Source: an uncultured Candidatus Saccharibacteria bacterium (GTDB taxonomy: Bacteria; Patescibacteriota; Minisyncoccia; Phycocordibacterales; Phycocordibacteraceae). Taken from it: 64,000 nt of DNA. Each line of letters opens with the position of its first letter. The first letter of the stretch is position 1. Below are positions 24,364 to 32,267 of this stretch, in pieces. Both the position numbers and the translations under genes were made by a program. Where the stretch lies: the NCBI GenBank assembly GCA_964546795.1, contig CAZJKG010000002.1:6307-70306 (forward strand), given 5' to 3'. A model generated the notes under the pieces. That model saw nothing but the letters and a program-made list of their open reading frames with translations, ran no database searches and was not told the DNA's origin.

Positions 24364-25941
24364 TTATGTATTGGAGAGCAAGTTAAGGACCGCCGTATAT
24401 GCGGAACTGATCAAGAATCCGCGATCAAAACTAGTGGAGGTTAGTGGAGAAAGCGGTGATATATAGGAACTGCTGTCAGGATAGGTGCTTCCGGAAGACG
24501 GTGGCGCGTACGAACTGTCCGGTGAGGATTGACTCTTTTCTTCGTAGGTCTCAGTACCTCCTGAAGACGGAGAATACGAAGGTGATGGATATGTATTTTG
24601 ATCTTGTTGGTATTTCTGATACTCGGATTCATACTGCTTTTGATATTCTTGCTGATACTGACTCTGGTATTGCTTCTGATACTCGTCTTGATATTGATTT
24701 TGAAAATCTCCGGTATTCGGAGGAAGAGACATCATTCCGTCCGGTACGTCGCCCTGTCTTCCTTGCATCACCCTCGTGGGAAAGGCCTCTATTCCCTCCT
24801 CTGTGCCCCGGAAACTCCGCTCGCCCTCAAATCCCTGCATCATCCCCTCCGGAGAGAGATGCTCGTCAGGACGCTGCATGAAGCCATGTTCTTCGGCAAA
24901 TTCTTGGCATTCATTTTGATGTGACGCATCCTCGCAATACGTTTTACACTCAAATCCTTTGCAACCGCCCGGACCGGTACTATTGAAAAGTTTCTCGGCC
25001 TGATCGAGCTGTTCTTGTGGAATAAGATCGTGCTCTTTGGCAAAGGCAAAACACACTTCGCGATTGTCCGGATTATCGCAGTATGTGCGGCATTCTTCTC
25101 CGCGGCAGCCGCCGGGACCCTCGATATTCATGAATTTCCGCGCACGCTCGCTATCCTCTTTCGAAATGAGACCGTTCTCTTCCGCGAACGCAAGACACTC
25201 CTCACTATGAGTGGAATCTTCGCAATAGGTTCTGCATTCAACGCCTCTACAACCTCCCGGACCGGTTTTGCCGATAAAGTGCTTTGCTTTGACAAGCTCT
25301 TCCTGCGACATGAGTCCATGTTCTTCGGCAAAAGCAAGACACACCTCCGCATGCGAGACATCCTCGCAGTATATTCGACATTCCTCTCTTTTACAGCCAC
25401 CTGGACCCGCTTCAGTTCCCATCCTCTTTGCCATAACTGCCTCTTCTTTTGAAATGAATCCGTTTTCCTCCGCAAACGCGAGACATTCGTCGAAGTGTGC
25501 ATCGTCCTCGCAGTACGCTTTGCATTCAATACCATGACAACCACCCGGTCCTGACTTCTCTTTGAGAATTCGCGCATATTTAGCATCCTCCGCTTTTATG
25601 ATCCCGTGCTCCTCGGCAAAGTCAATGCACTCTTCAAAATGTTCCTTGACTTCACAGTACGCTCGGCACTCCACCCCCATGCAGCCCCCCGGACCTTCGA
25701 TACTGCCGATTTTCCGAGCTATCGCTGCGTCCTCCTTACCAATCAGATCGTGCGCTTCAGCAAAAGAGAGACATTGATTGATATTCGCTTTAAGATCGCA
25801 ATATACTTTGCATGCTTCCTTCGATTCACAACCACCGAGTTCTGCAACCGGAAACATGATATCGACCTCCGCGGCGTACGCTACGCCTCCGACGAGCAGT
25901 GTGAGCGCAAGAAAGTTCGTCGCGAATATCCTGCGGGACAT
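24364..25941 (-). CDS. Secreted cysteine-rich tandem-repeat protein with a Q/Y/S/P-rich low-complexity C-terminal region
   Basis: Signal peptide 'MSRRIFATNFLALTLLVGGVAYAA'. Eight tandem ~44-aa repeats of consensus 'GPGGCxGxECxxYCEDxxHxxECLAFAEEHGLIsxEE..kAkk', each with four Cys and one His. The tail is 'QNQYQDEYQKQYQSQYQQEYQKQYESEYQKYQQDQ' followed by an S/P/Y-rich stretch. Confidence 0.7.
   Translation of the reverse strand: MSRRIFATNFLALTLLVGGVAYAAEVDIMFPVAELGGCESKEACKVYCDLKANINQCLSFAEAHDLIGKEDAAIARKIGSIEGPGGCMGVECRAYCEVKEHFEECIDFAEEHGIIKAEDAKYARILKEKSGPGGCHGIECKAYCEDDAHFDECLAFAEENGFISKEEAVMAKRMGTEAGPGGCKREECRIYCEDVSHAEVCLAFAEEHGLMSQEELVKAKHFIGKTGPGGCRGVECRTYCEDSTHSEECLAFAEENGLISKEDSERARKFMNIEGPGGCRGEECRTYCDNPDNREVCFAFAKEHDLIPQEQLDQAEKLFNSTGPGGCKGFECKTYCEDASHQNECQEFAEEHGFMQRPDEHLSPEGMMQGFEGERSFRGTEEGIEAFPTRVMQGRQGDVPDGMMSLPPNTGDFQNQYQDEYQKQYQSQYQQEYQKQYESEYQKYQQDQNTYPSPSYSPSSGGTETYEEKSQSSPDSSYAPPSSGSTYPDSSSYISPLSPLTSTSFDRGFLISSAYTAVLNLLSNT
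24774..25860 (-). repeat. Tandem ~132-bp coding repeats (8 copies) within the Cys-rich protein gene
   Basis: Periodic recurrence at protein level of 'GPGGC..EC..YCE....H..EC.AFAEEHG'. Boundaries approximate. Confidence 0.65.
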
Positions 25942-25942
25942 G

Positions 25943-26209
25943 TTATTCGAAAGGGTTATACTTCACGCCCTCGTATGGGTTGATCTTCACGTCATCGAGA
26001 GGATTGGCCGATACGCCGCTTAGAGGATTTTCGTCGGCAATGTTTGATTCAACAAGGGGAACCGGTGTCACTTTCGTTCCTGCCACATACCCTAATGGGA
26101 TGCCGATGACAAGACCGACAACGATGCCGATAAGCACGAAAAGATAAGGCGGTTTTGGTTGGTCCATATGCTTTTCATTATACGGGGTTATACCCGGAGC
26201 ACTTTCCAT
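25943..26209 (-). CDS. Small membrane protein (88 aa), hypothetical
   Basis: Single TM helix 'LFVLIGIVVGLVIGIPLGYVAG'. Starts 2 bp after the stop of the Cys-rich protein gene. Confidence 0.4.
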   Translation of the reverse strand: MESAPGITPYNEKHMDQPKPPYLFVLIGIVVGLVIGIPLGYVAGTKVTPVPLVESNIADENPLSGVSANPLDDVKINPYEGVKYNPFE

Positions 26210-26243
26210 AGGTGTTGATAGCTATATCTCTCAACCTTTATTT

Positions 26244-26453
26244 CTAACTACGTATGTAAGCGATTAGGAGAAACACCAGTAATGAAATAATGCAGAGAAT
26301 GGCGAGAGCGACAACATAGACAAGCGCGATAGCCGGCATGGCGATGATGCCGCCCACGCCCGCAGAGGACAGATGGTAGAAAACGTAGGCCACAATGCCA
26401 ACGGAACCAAGAATGAAACCGGCAAGATGATAGAGAAAAATAGTATGCTTTTT
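26244..26453 (-). CDS. Small two-TM membrane protein (hypothetical)
   Basis: The track ORF 26244–26564 overlaps the upstream gene by 77 nt. The internal Met 'MKKHTIFLYHLAGFILG...' at ~26453 removes the overlap. Low-GC island region. Confidence 0.35.
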   Translation of the reverse strand, partial: KKHTIFLYHLAGFILGSVGIVAYVFYHLSSAGVGGIIAMPAIALVYVVALAILCIISLLVFLLIAYIRS

Positions 26454-26487
26454 CATTTTAGAAATCTCTTCGTCAGAGGAATTGAAA

Positions 26488-27120
26488 TTATATCTTTCGT
26501 ATTCGTTTCCCACTGGCGTTCGTAAAGTAATCGCTTTTCTTCCCATGGTTAACTTTTCCGCCATGAGTATCAGCGGTGCGATGAAAAAACTCGTTTCCAG
26601 CGGTTAGTGAATTTAGATTCCCTTTGATACGTTTCTGATGGCGACCTGTTGTTAAGTGAGTTGTTGGTTGATATCCAAATTCCGCATACATGTCATAAGC
26701 AATTTCCCGTGAATCCAAACCAATCCGTTGTTGTTCTTCCAGAATACGTGCCTTTCTTTTTGACAACTGCTCTGTCTTCTTTTGAATTGGGGGTGCAATA
26801 GATTTTAATGCCGACTCATTGATTGTTCCCTCTTCGATCTGTTGCAACGCTTGTTGAACCTGATCTTCAAATTTGATAATTTCTTGCAGCTTTCCCTCTA
26901 TGCGCCAAAATTCAGCTTCCTTTTCATTCAGCACGTCACGTTCGTGCAGATTCAGTGAGCGAGATTTCATCTCAGATGTCTGTTGATATACGTCTTGTTG
27001 ATGCTCTTTTAATTGAGTTCTCAGCTCCGATAATTCTTCTGCTCTTTGCCAGAGCAATGGTTCATAGGTTGTTTTTAGTGATTCCAGGTTTTTCTTCTGT
27101 TGTGAGCTTTCTATCGACAT
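26488..27120 (-). CDS. Coiled-coil hypothetical protein (210 aa) in the low-GC island
   Basis: Q/E/K-rich heptad-like sequence, AT-rich codon usage, and an upstream RBS 'GGAGGAGG'. Preceded by copy R1 of the duplicated element. Confidence 0.45.
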   Translation of the reverse strand: MSIESSQQKKNLESLKTTYEPLLWQRAEELSELRTQLKEHQQDVYQQTSEMKSRSLNLHERDVLNEKEAEFWRIEGKLQEIIKFEDQVQQALQQIEEGTINESALKSIAPPIQKKTEQLSKRKARILEEQQRIGLDSREIAYDMYAEFGYQPTTHLTTGRHQKRIKGNLNSLTAGNEFFHRTADTHGGKVNHGKKSDYFTNASGKRIRKI

Positions 27121-27181
27121 TGGTCAATTATACCAAACAAGTTCAATCCTCCTCCACTGGCTGACCTCATCGGATTCATGC

Positions 27182-27248
27182 ATTATACCGTTAAGCCCCC
27201 ATTGAGTTTTCTGGCGGCTTTTTTGAACTCAAATCGACGCACTTCGGA
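27182..27248 (-). promoter_or_regulatory. Island promoter/operator element, copy R1 (contains a perfect -10 TATAAT on the minus strand)
   Basis: About 85% identical over its first 33 bp to copy R2 at 28211–28267, followed by a second conserved block after a short diverged stretch ('attataccgtYaagcYccMattgagttttctRg ... aaatcgac...tcgga'). It sits upstream of the coiled-coil gene. Confidence 0.45.
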
Positions 27249-27288
27249 ATGGGGTCGAAATTAGACAAACTAGACACTTTTAACCATT

Positions 27289-28203
27289 TTAATAATCCTT
27301 CCAAAGTTTGTCCTGATAAGGATCTACAATTTTCCCCTTACTATTCCGGACTTCAAAATGGAGATGCGGTCCGACACCCCCATAACCCCCTGAGTAAGCA
27401 ATGATCTGTCCTTCTTTCACGGCGACCGATTTAGTGTAGTCAGTAAGTTGAGCTTCAATTTCATCTACCAATTTTGTGCAGTGCAAGAGCCAGGAAACAT
27501 AGCTATTGGCGTGTTTGATATAGAAAGAGTGCCATCCTTCCCAAGCAGTAGGATTATTGAGCCCAAGATTCTTTAGTGCCCACGTTCTGTTAACTCCATC
27601 AATCGGATCAGTTTGTGCTTTAAATAAGTCCCCGTCTGCAGGGGCTATAAGTTGCGTTCCTGGAATGCACTTAAAGTCATAACCCGCATGGCCATCATAA
27701 TTTAGATAAAACGTTGGCCCATATTTGTCTCCTGCACCTGGTGCACCTACATAATTAATTTCCCCGGCAGAGAAAAATGGAGATGGAACTTTCTTTGCAT
27801 ACCCTAAAGCACTCGTTCCGGCACAAGGATCCCCGTCTCCGACTTCTCCATTAAAAGATCGTGTCTTTTGATCTTTCGCATTCAAGCCCCACGGCTTATT
27901 GCTACTTGGATCAATCGCTGTGCCCATATGGTCAATCACGGCAGTGATTTTTGCGGTACGGGACGTAACGGGCCTTCCATTTGCGTCATTGAGTTTGACT
28001 GGACAAATGAGGAATCCGGTGCTCGTTGGTACGACTGGAGCGGGAGCCGGTTCTGGCGCTGGCGGCACAATCACTGGAGGTGGTACAGGTTGCGGAGTCG
28101 GAGGTAGATTAATCGGGGCCGGTACAGGTTGAACCTTTGATTTAGAAAGGTTCGTAAGGAAAGTCTTAAGTACCTCTCCCAAGATTTTGAGAAACGACTG
28201 CAT
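27289..28203 (-). CDS. M23 family metallopeptidase (LytM-like peptidoglycan endopeptidase) with a Pro-rich N-terminal linker
   Basis: C-terminal 'GPHLHFEVRNSKGKIVDPY' is the M23 HxH zinc-site signature. Pro-rich 'PVPAPINLPPTPQPVPPPVIVPPAPEPAPAPVVP'. The track ORF starts at TTG 28230; the first ATG is at ~28203. The TATAAT of R2 is only ~7 nt upstream, so the transcript may be leaderless. Confidence 0.8.
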   Translation of the reverse strand: MQSFLKILGEVLKTFLTNLSKSKVQPVPAPINLPPTPQPVPPPVIVPPAPEPAPAPVVPTSTGFLICPVKLNDANGRPVTSRTAKITAVIDHMGTAIDPSSNKPWGLNAKDQKTRSFNGEVGDGDPCAGTSALGYAKKVPSPFFSAGEINYVGAPGAGDKYGPTFYLNYDGHAGYDFKCIPGTQLIAPADGDLFKAQTDPIDGVNRTWALKNLGLNNPTAWEGWHSFYIKHANSYVSWLLHCTKLVDEIEAQLTDYTKSVAVKEGQIIAYSGGYGGVGPHLHFEVRNSKGKIVDPYQDKLWKDY

Positions 28204-28210
28204 ATCTACT

Positions 28211-28267
28211 ATTATACCGTCAAGCTCCAATTGAGTTTTCTAGAACCTTAAATCGACCCTCCTCGGA
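28211..28267 (-). promoter_or_regulatory. Island promoter/operator element, copy R2
   Basis: Duplicate of R1. The minus strand reads ...AAAACTCAATTGGAGCTTGACGGTATAAT immediately 5' of the M23 peptidase ATG. Confidence 0.45.
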
Positions 28268-28309
28268 TAGTTTGTTGACTCGCAATTACCCGTTAGTACT
28301 ACAATGATC

Positions 28310-29227
28310 TTAGATCATAATCTTTTCTGAACGAATGAGATGATCCATCTTCTGATAAGCATGGATAGCAGTTGTGTGGTCTTTCTTTTTCATCACCTTA
28401 GCTATTTGTGGGAAAGATAATTTCGCATTTCTCCTTAAGAAATATATGGCGAGATGTCTAGGAAAAACAAGATTCGCCATTCTTCTGCTTCCCAATAAAT
28501 CGTCGATTGGTATAGCGTATGCCTTACTTATACTTGCAATGATATCTTTAACTTCTACCAGTTCGGACGGATCGATTGGTATTGGTTTTTTAGGGGGTGC
28601 CGGAACTGCCCCATTGAGTTTGAGTATTGTTGTATTTAGAATTTGTCTTATTCGCTCCCGCGTGATGCCAAATTTCCCTGCAATTACTTCATAAGTCTTG
28701 CCTTCGAGTCTTAGTCTCATTATTTCATTTTCTCTTTCATTCATTCTGATGTTGCCCGTAGCACGAGCTGGAGCTGAATTGTAAATAAAAGCTGGATTCC
28801 CTTTCTCTAGCACACCAAAGAAGTCATCGATGATAGAAAATTCTGTAAAAGCTGTAATTTTCTGTCCATCGTCATAAACAATTTTCATTTCATTATCAAA
28901 ATCATTTGATGAGATTTGCTTCAACAAATCGTGTAGAACTTCATTTCTTTTGTTGCGATAACGGTCAAATAGTCCTCTCTTTTCTTTGGGTAACCACTCG
29001 CTATCAAATAATAATTTAATTAATTCGGAAAGATTGTACTGAACGATTCTCTTTCTCAAAGCAGCTAAAATAGCTGGGTCTGCATCTCTTATCGATAGCG
29101 ACAATTTAGTTTCGACAAACAATTTTATTAGACTTTCTATGTAGGCACTTTGTAATACAAAAGCTTCGAGAAGAAGGTTCTTCTGTCCATAGTTTTCTAT
29201 TCTTTCTTTTAGGTCATCTTTCCTCAT
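28310..29227 (-). CDS. DNA-binding regulator fusing sigma-70 region 4 (HTH) to a DnaA C-terminal (domain IV) DNA-binding domain
   Basis: 'ERENEIMRLRLEGKTYEVIAGKFGITRERIRQI' matches sigma-70 region 4. 'VKDIIASISKAYAIPIDDLLGSRRMANLVFPRHLAIYFLRRNAKLSFPQIAKVMKKKDHTTAIHAYQKM' matches DnaA domain IV, including the DHTT(V/A)(I/L)HA signature. There is no AAA+ domain. About 38% GC. Confidence 0.7.
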   Translation of the reverse strand: MRKDDLKERIENYGQKNLLLEAFVLQSAYIESLIKLFVETKLSLSIRDADPAILAALRKRIVQYNLSELIKLLFDSEWLPKEKRGLFDRYRNKRNEVLHDLLKQISSNDFDNEMKIVYDDGQKITAFTEFSIIDDFFGVLEKGNPAFIYNSAPARATGNIRMNERENEIMRLRLEGKTYEVIAGKFGITRERIRQILNTTILKLNGAVPAPPKKPIPIDPSELVEVKDIIASISKAYAIPIDDLLGSRRMANLVFPRHLAIYFLRRNAKLSFPQIAKVMKKKDHTTAIHAYQKMDHLIRSEKIMI

Positions 29228-29232
29228 TTTTG

Positions 29233-29303
29233 CTGCCCGACAGGGATTCGGACCCCAATTAACGGCTTCAAAGGCCGCTGTCCTACCATTAGACGATCGG
29301 GCA
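29233..29303 (-). tRNA. tRNA-Gln (anticodon TTG), with an atypical T-arm
   Basis: Minus strand: TGCCCGA-TC-GTCT-AATGGTA-GGAC-A-GCGGC-CTTTGAA-GCCGT-TAAT-TGGGG-TCCGAAT-CCCTG-TCGGGCA-G. Perfect 7-bp acceptor stem. The T-loop reads TCCGAAT, with C where the near-invariant U55 is expected. The T-stem needs two G·U pairs. It lies immediately 5' of the low-GC island. Confidence 0.55.
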
Positions 29304-29352
29304 ATGGATGAACTTTACCATTAGTTCTTTGATTCGTCCGCCCTTCCGCATT

Positions 29353-30504
29353 TCATTTGTCAGGACCTTCGGGGAAGAGTTCCAAAACGGCGAGTTCGAG
29401 AGGAAGCGCGGGAATGGGTGCGTAGCGGATGCGCTCGGCGGCGGTCAGGAAGGCAAGCATGGTCGCATGGGTAATGCCCCTAGACGGCTCGTTCCACGAG
29501 CCGCCGGGCGACCCAGCTTCGCTGGGTTTAGCCTTCCCTTTTCCTGCACTGAGCGACTTGTCCTGAGTTTTATCGAAGGAAGTCGAAGTGGCGAATTTTT
29601 CAAGCGCGGAGAATTCGTCCGCGCCGAGCTCGTCCGCGAGCGAGGTGCGAAGTTCTGGTGCATAACGAATGAGGAGCGTGGCGCGGAGGGCCTCCAACAC
29701 AAGTTCCAGAAACAACTTCATGTCGGCACCGGATTTCGCCGCCTGCTCAATGGCGGTAAGTGCCTTGCCGCGTCCGCCAGCTGGCGGAGCTGCGGCGAGT
29801 GCGCTCACGAGCGCATGCACTTGTTCGCGCCGCGGTGCGCCAGTCGCCGCCTCCACCGTCTCGCGCGACAATGTCTTCCCTTTCGTAGCGGCAAATACCT
29901 TTTGCAACACCGAAAGCGCATCGCGATACGAGCCCTCGGCGAGTATCGCGATAAGCTCAGCGGAGTCCGGTGCGAGCGTATACCCTTCTTTCTTTGCGAC
30001 CGCCACGGTCATCTTCGCGAGCACCACTCGCGTCGGCTTTTTGAATTCAAACACTTGGCAACGCGACTGCACCGTCTCCGGTACTTTCTCAAGCTCGGTG
30101 GTCGCGAGAATAAAAACCGCATACGCAGGCGGCTCTTCAAGCGTCTTCAGAAATGCATTCCACGCGCCCTTGGAAAGCATGTGTACCTCGTCCAGAATGT
30201 AGACCTTATAGGGTGACTGAAACGGCAATGTGTAGACACCCTCGGTGAGGGCGCGAATGTCTTCTACGCTGTTGTTGCTCGCGGCATCCACCTCGTAGAG
30301 GTCATTCTCGGTGCAGCCAATAGCGCTTGCGAAGATGCGCGCGACCGAGGTCTTCCCGAGACCACGGCTGCCGGCAAATAGATACGCATGACCTATCTTC
30401 TTTGACTTTGCCGCTTCTTCAAGCGGTTTTGTCACCTGCTCCTGCCCAATGACCTCCGCAAAAGTGGCCGGCCGGTGAATACGATAAAGGGACTGATGCG
30501 CCAT
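29353..30504 (-). CDS. dnaX: DNA polymerase III subunit gamma/tau
   Basis: 'YRIHRPATFAEVIGQEQVTKPL...AYLFAGSRGLGKTSVARIFA' is the clamp-loader AAA+ N-terminus. 383 aa. Confidence 0.9.
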   Translation of the reverse strand: MAHQSLYRIHRPATFAEVIGQEQVTKPLEEAAKSKKIGHAYLFAGSRGLGKTSVARIFASAIGCTENDLYEVDAASNNSVEDIRALTEGVYTLPFQSPYKVYILDEVHMLSKGAWNAFLKTLEEPPAYAVFILATTELEKVPETVQSRCQVFEFKKPTRVVLAKMTVAVAKKEGYTLAPDSAELIAILAEGSYRDALSVLQKVFAATKGKTLSRETVEAATGAPRREQVHALVSALAAAPPAGGRGKALTAIEQAAKSGADMKLFLELVLEALRATLLIRYAPELRTSLADELGADEFSALEKFATSTSFDKTQDKSLSAGKGKAKPSEAGSPGGSWNEPSRGITHATMLAFLTAAERIRYAPIPALPLELAVLELFPEGPDK

Positions 30505-30570
30505 AATGAAGCTAGTATAGCAATCTTTTTCTCCTCTAATTTACGACTTATTTACTCATCATTTCAGAAA

Positions 30571-30599
30571 TTGACAAAGCATATATTATATGCTATCAT
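30571..30599 (+). promoter_or_regulatory. Near-consensus extended -10 sigma-70 promoter (TTGACA–17–TGCTATCAT)
   Basis: TTGACA at 30571–30576, 17-nt spacer ending in 'TGC', TATCAT at 30594–30599. The RBS 'AGGAGG' and ATG at 30657 follow. Confidence 0.5.
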
Positions 30600-30656
30600 G
30601 GCCTCGTAGCTTTTTGAAGCTTTGTCCTTTCCAAAAAATCTACCAGGAGGTGCTCC

Positions 30657-31211
30657 ATGGAACGATTTCGGTGGCATGCCGTTCTGTGGAGCGGCATTCT
30701 GGGCTTTCTCGTCCCGACGTATTTCGGTTACACGCTCTACGTCGACAGGATACCCCAGAACATCGCCACATGGGGTATGGTGTTGGCGCTTGATGCACTC
30801 GGCTTGTTGTTGGTCATCAAGGACGGAAACAAGAAACCCTATATGCAGGTTGGATGGGTGTTCGCTGCGCTATGTATCTTCGTCGGCGCGTTCTTCAGCG
30901 AAAACATCTCGGCATGGGGATACACAGAAGCAATTTCAGTTGTTATGTGCATTTTCGCAGTTGTGCTGTGGCAAACGCTCGGTCCGAAGTACGGATTGAT
31001 TGCCTACGTCGCGGCAATGTGGATTTCGTTCGTCCCTCTCGCTATGGATTATCTGAAGGAGCCCCAGCCAAGCACTGTATGGTTATGGCAACTGACGATT
31101 GTGTCGTGTCTGCTCGCAATCGTTGGGGCAGAAAAGCGGGACTTCACGAACACCTTCATCCCATGGGGCTGCATCGGGCTCAATGCGGCGATGTGGTACG
31201 TCTGCTTGTAA
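30657..31211 (+). CDS. Polytopic membrane protein, hypothetical (184 aa)
   Basis: Five or six TM helices, strong RBS. No recognisable family. Confidence 0.5.
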   Translation: MERFRWHAVLWSGILGFLVPTYFGYTLYVDRIPQNIATWGMVLALDALGLLLVIKDGNKKPYMQVGWVFAALCIFVGAFFSENISAWGYTEAISVVMCIFAVVLWQTLGPKYGLIAYVAAMWISFVPLAMDYLKEPQPSTVWLWQLTIVSCLLAIVGAEKRDFTNTFIPWGCIGLNAAMWYVCL

Positions 31212-31244
31212 ACCGCCTGAACAAGAACCGTCTGGTTCTTTTGT

Positions 31245-32267
31245 TCAGGCGGTTTTTGTTTTTATTGTACGCTCTAGCTCGGATGCATTCTCGGCCTGCA
31301 TCAGGAGGGCGCGGAGCTCGGCGGCGCCAGCAAATCCGGTGACGAATGCTTTGATGTGCTTTTTCAATATGGAAAAGTTCTTGGGCGGCGAGATTTTCTC
31401 AAAGGTATGCGCGAGCTCAATAAGCGCCGCGAGCTTATCGGCGAGCGGCGTGTCCTCATGGGTGCGGCCGGCGAAAACCCACGGATTCCCGAACATCGCG
31501 CGGCCGAGCATCACACCGTCGCATCCTGACTCGCTCGCTTTCGTTCGCGCATCGGCAAGGTTCCGTACATCTCCATTGCCGATGAGGAGTACGTTCGGAT
31601 TCACACGATTGCGAATCTCGACGGCTTTCTTCATTTGTCCCCAATCCGCCGACACGAGCGACAATTCCTTGCGCGTGCGCAGATGGAGCGTGATAGCGGC
31701 GGGACCCGCTTCCAAGAGCGCTGTGAGCCAGTCGTCAAGCGATTCCGTGTTGTAGCCAATACGTGTCTTCACCGAGACCGGCAACGCGCTCGCTTCTTTG
31801 GCCACACGAATAATCTCACGCGCGAGTTTAGGGGTCTTGATCATCGCGGCACCGGCACCCTGCTTCTCAACGGTACGGTCCGGGCAGCCCATGTTGATAT
31901 CAACACCATCAAAACCAAGTTCCGCGACGAGTTTCGTCGCATACTCAATCATTTTTGGCTTGCTTGAGAATATCTGCGCGACCAATTTTCCTTGTCTGTA
32001 CTCGGACTTAGGAAAATGGAAGTGCCCGTGTGGCACGACGATGGAGCTCTGCTCTTCAGTAAATTGCAAATCGCGCATTAATGGATTCTCTGCATCTTTT
32101 ATTTTTTTAACCTCACGAGTGTAGTAAAGACCGTCCGCCGAAACGAATTCGGTCCAGAACACGTCGGGAGCGCCGCGCCTCGCGACGAGTTGCCGGAAGG
32201 CGACATCGGTCACGTCCTTCAGGGGCGCCATGACGAAAAATGGTTTTGACAACGTATTCCAGAACAT
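31245..32267 (-). CDS. tRNA-dihydrouridine synthase (Dus family)
   Basis: 'MAPLKDVTDVAFRQLV...' and 'DINMGCPDRTVEKQGAGAAMIKTPK' (catalytic Cys) in a TIM barrel. Confidence 0.85.
   Translation of the reverse strand: MFWNTLSKPFFVMAPLKDVTDVAFRQLVARRGAPDVFWTEFVSADGLYYTREVKKIKDAENPLMRDLQFTEEQSSIVVPHGHFHFPKSEYRQGKLVAQIFSSKPKMIEYATKLVAELGFDGVDINMGCPDRTVEKQGAGAAMIKTPKLAREIIRVAKEASALPVSVKTRIGYNTESLDDWLTALLEAGPAAITLHLRTRKELSLVSADWGQMKKAVEIRNRVNPNVLLIGNGDVRNLADARTKASESGCDGVMLGRAMFGNPWVFAGRTHEDTPLADKLAALIELAHTFEKISPPKNFSILKKHIKAFVTGFAGAAELRALLMQAENASELERTIKTKTA

Noticed and set aside
26244-27120. Possible frameshifted single gene formed by ORFs 26488–27120 and 26244–26564 (77-nt overlap)
   Set aside because: An internal Met with a plausible small two-TM protein removes the overlap. 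There is no sequence evidence, such as a homopolymer slip site, for a frameshift.
29233-29303. Alternative reading of the tRNA-like sequence on the plus strand as tRNA-Leu(CAA)
   Set aside because: The anticodon stem-loop is palindromic enough to read both ways. The plus-strand version lacks the GG D-loop and T-loop features and is too short (71 nt, no long variable arm) for a Leu tRNA.
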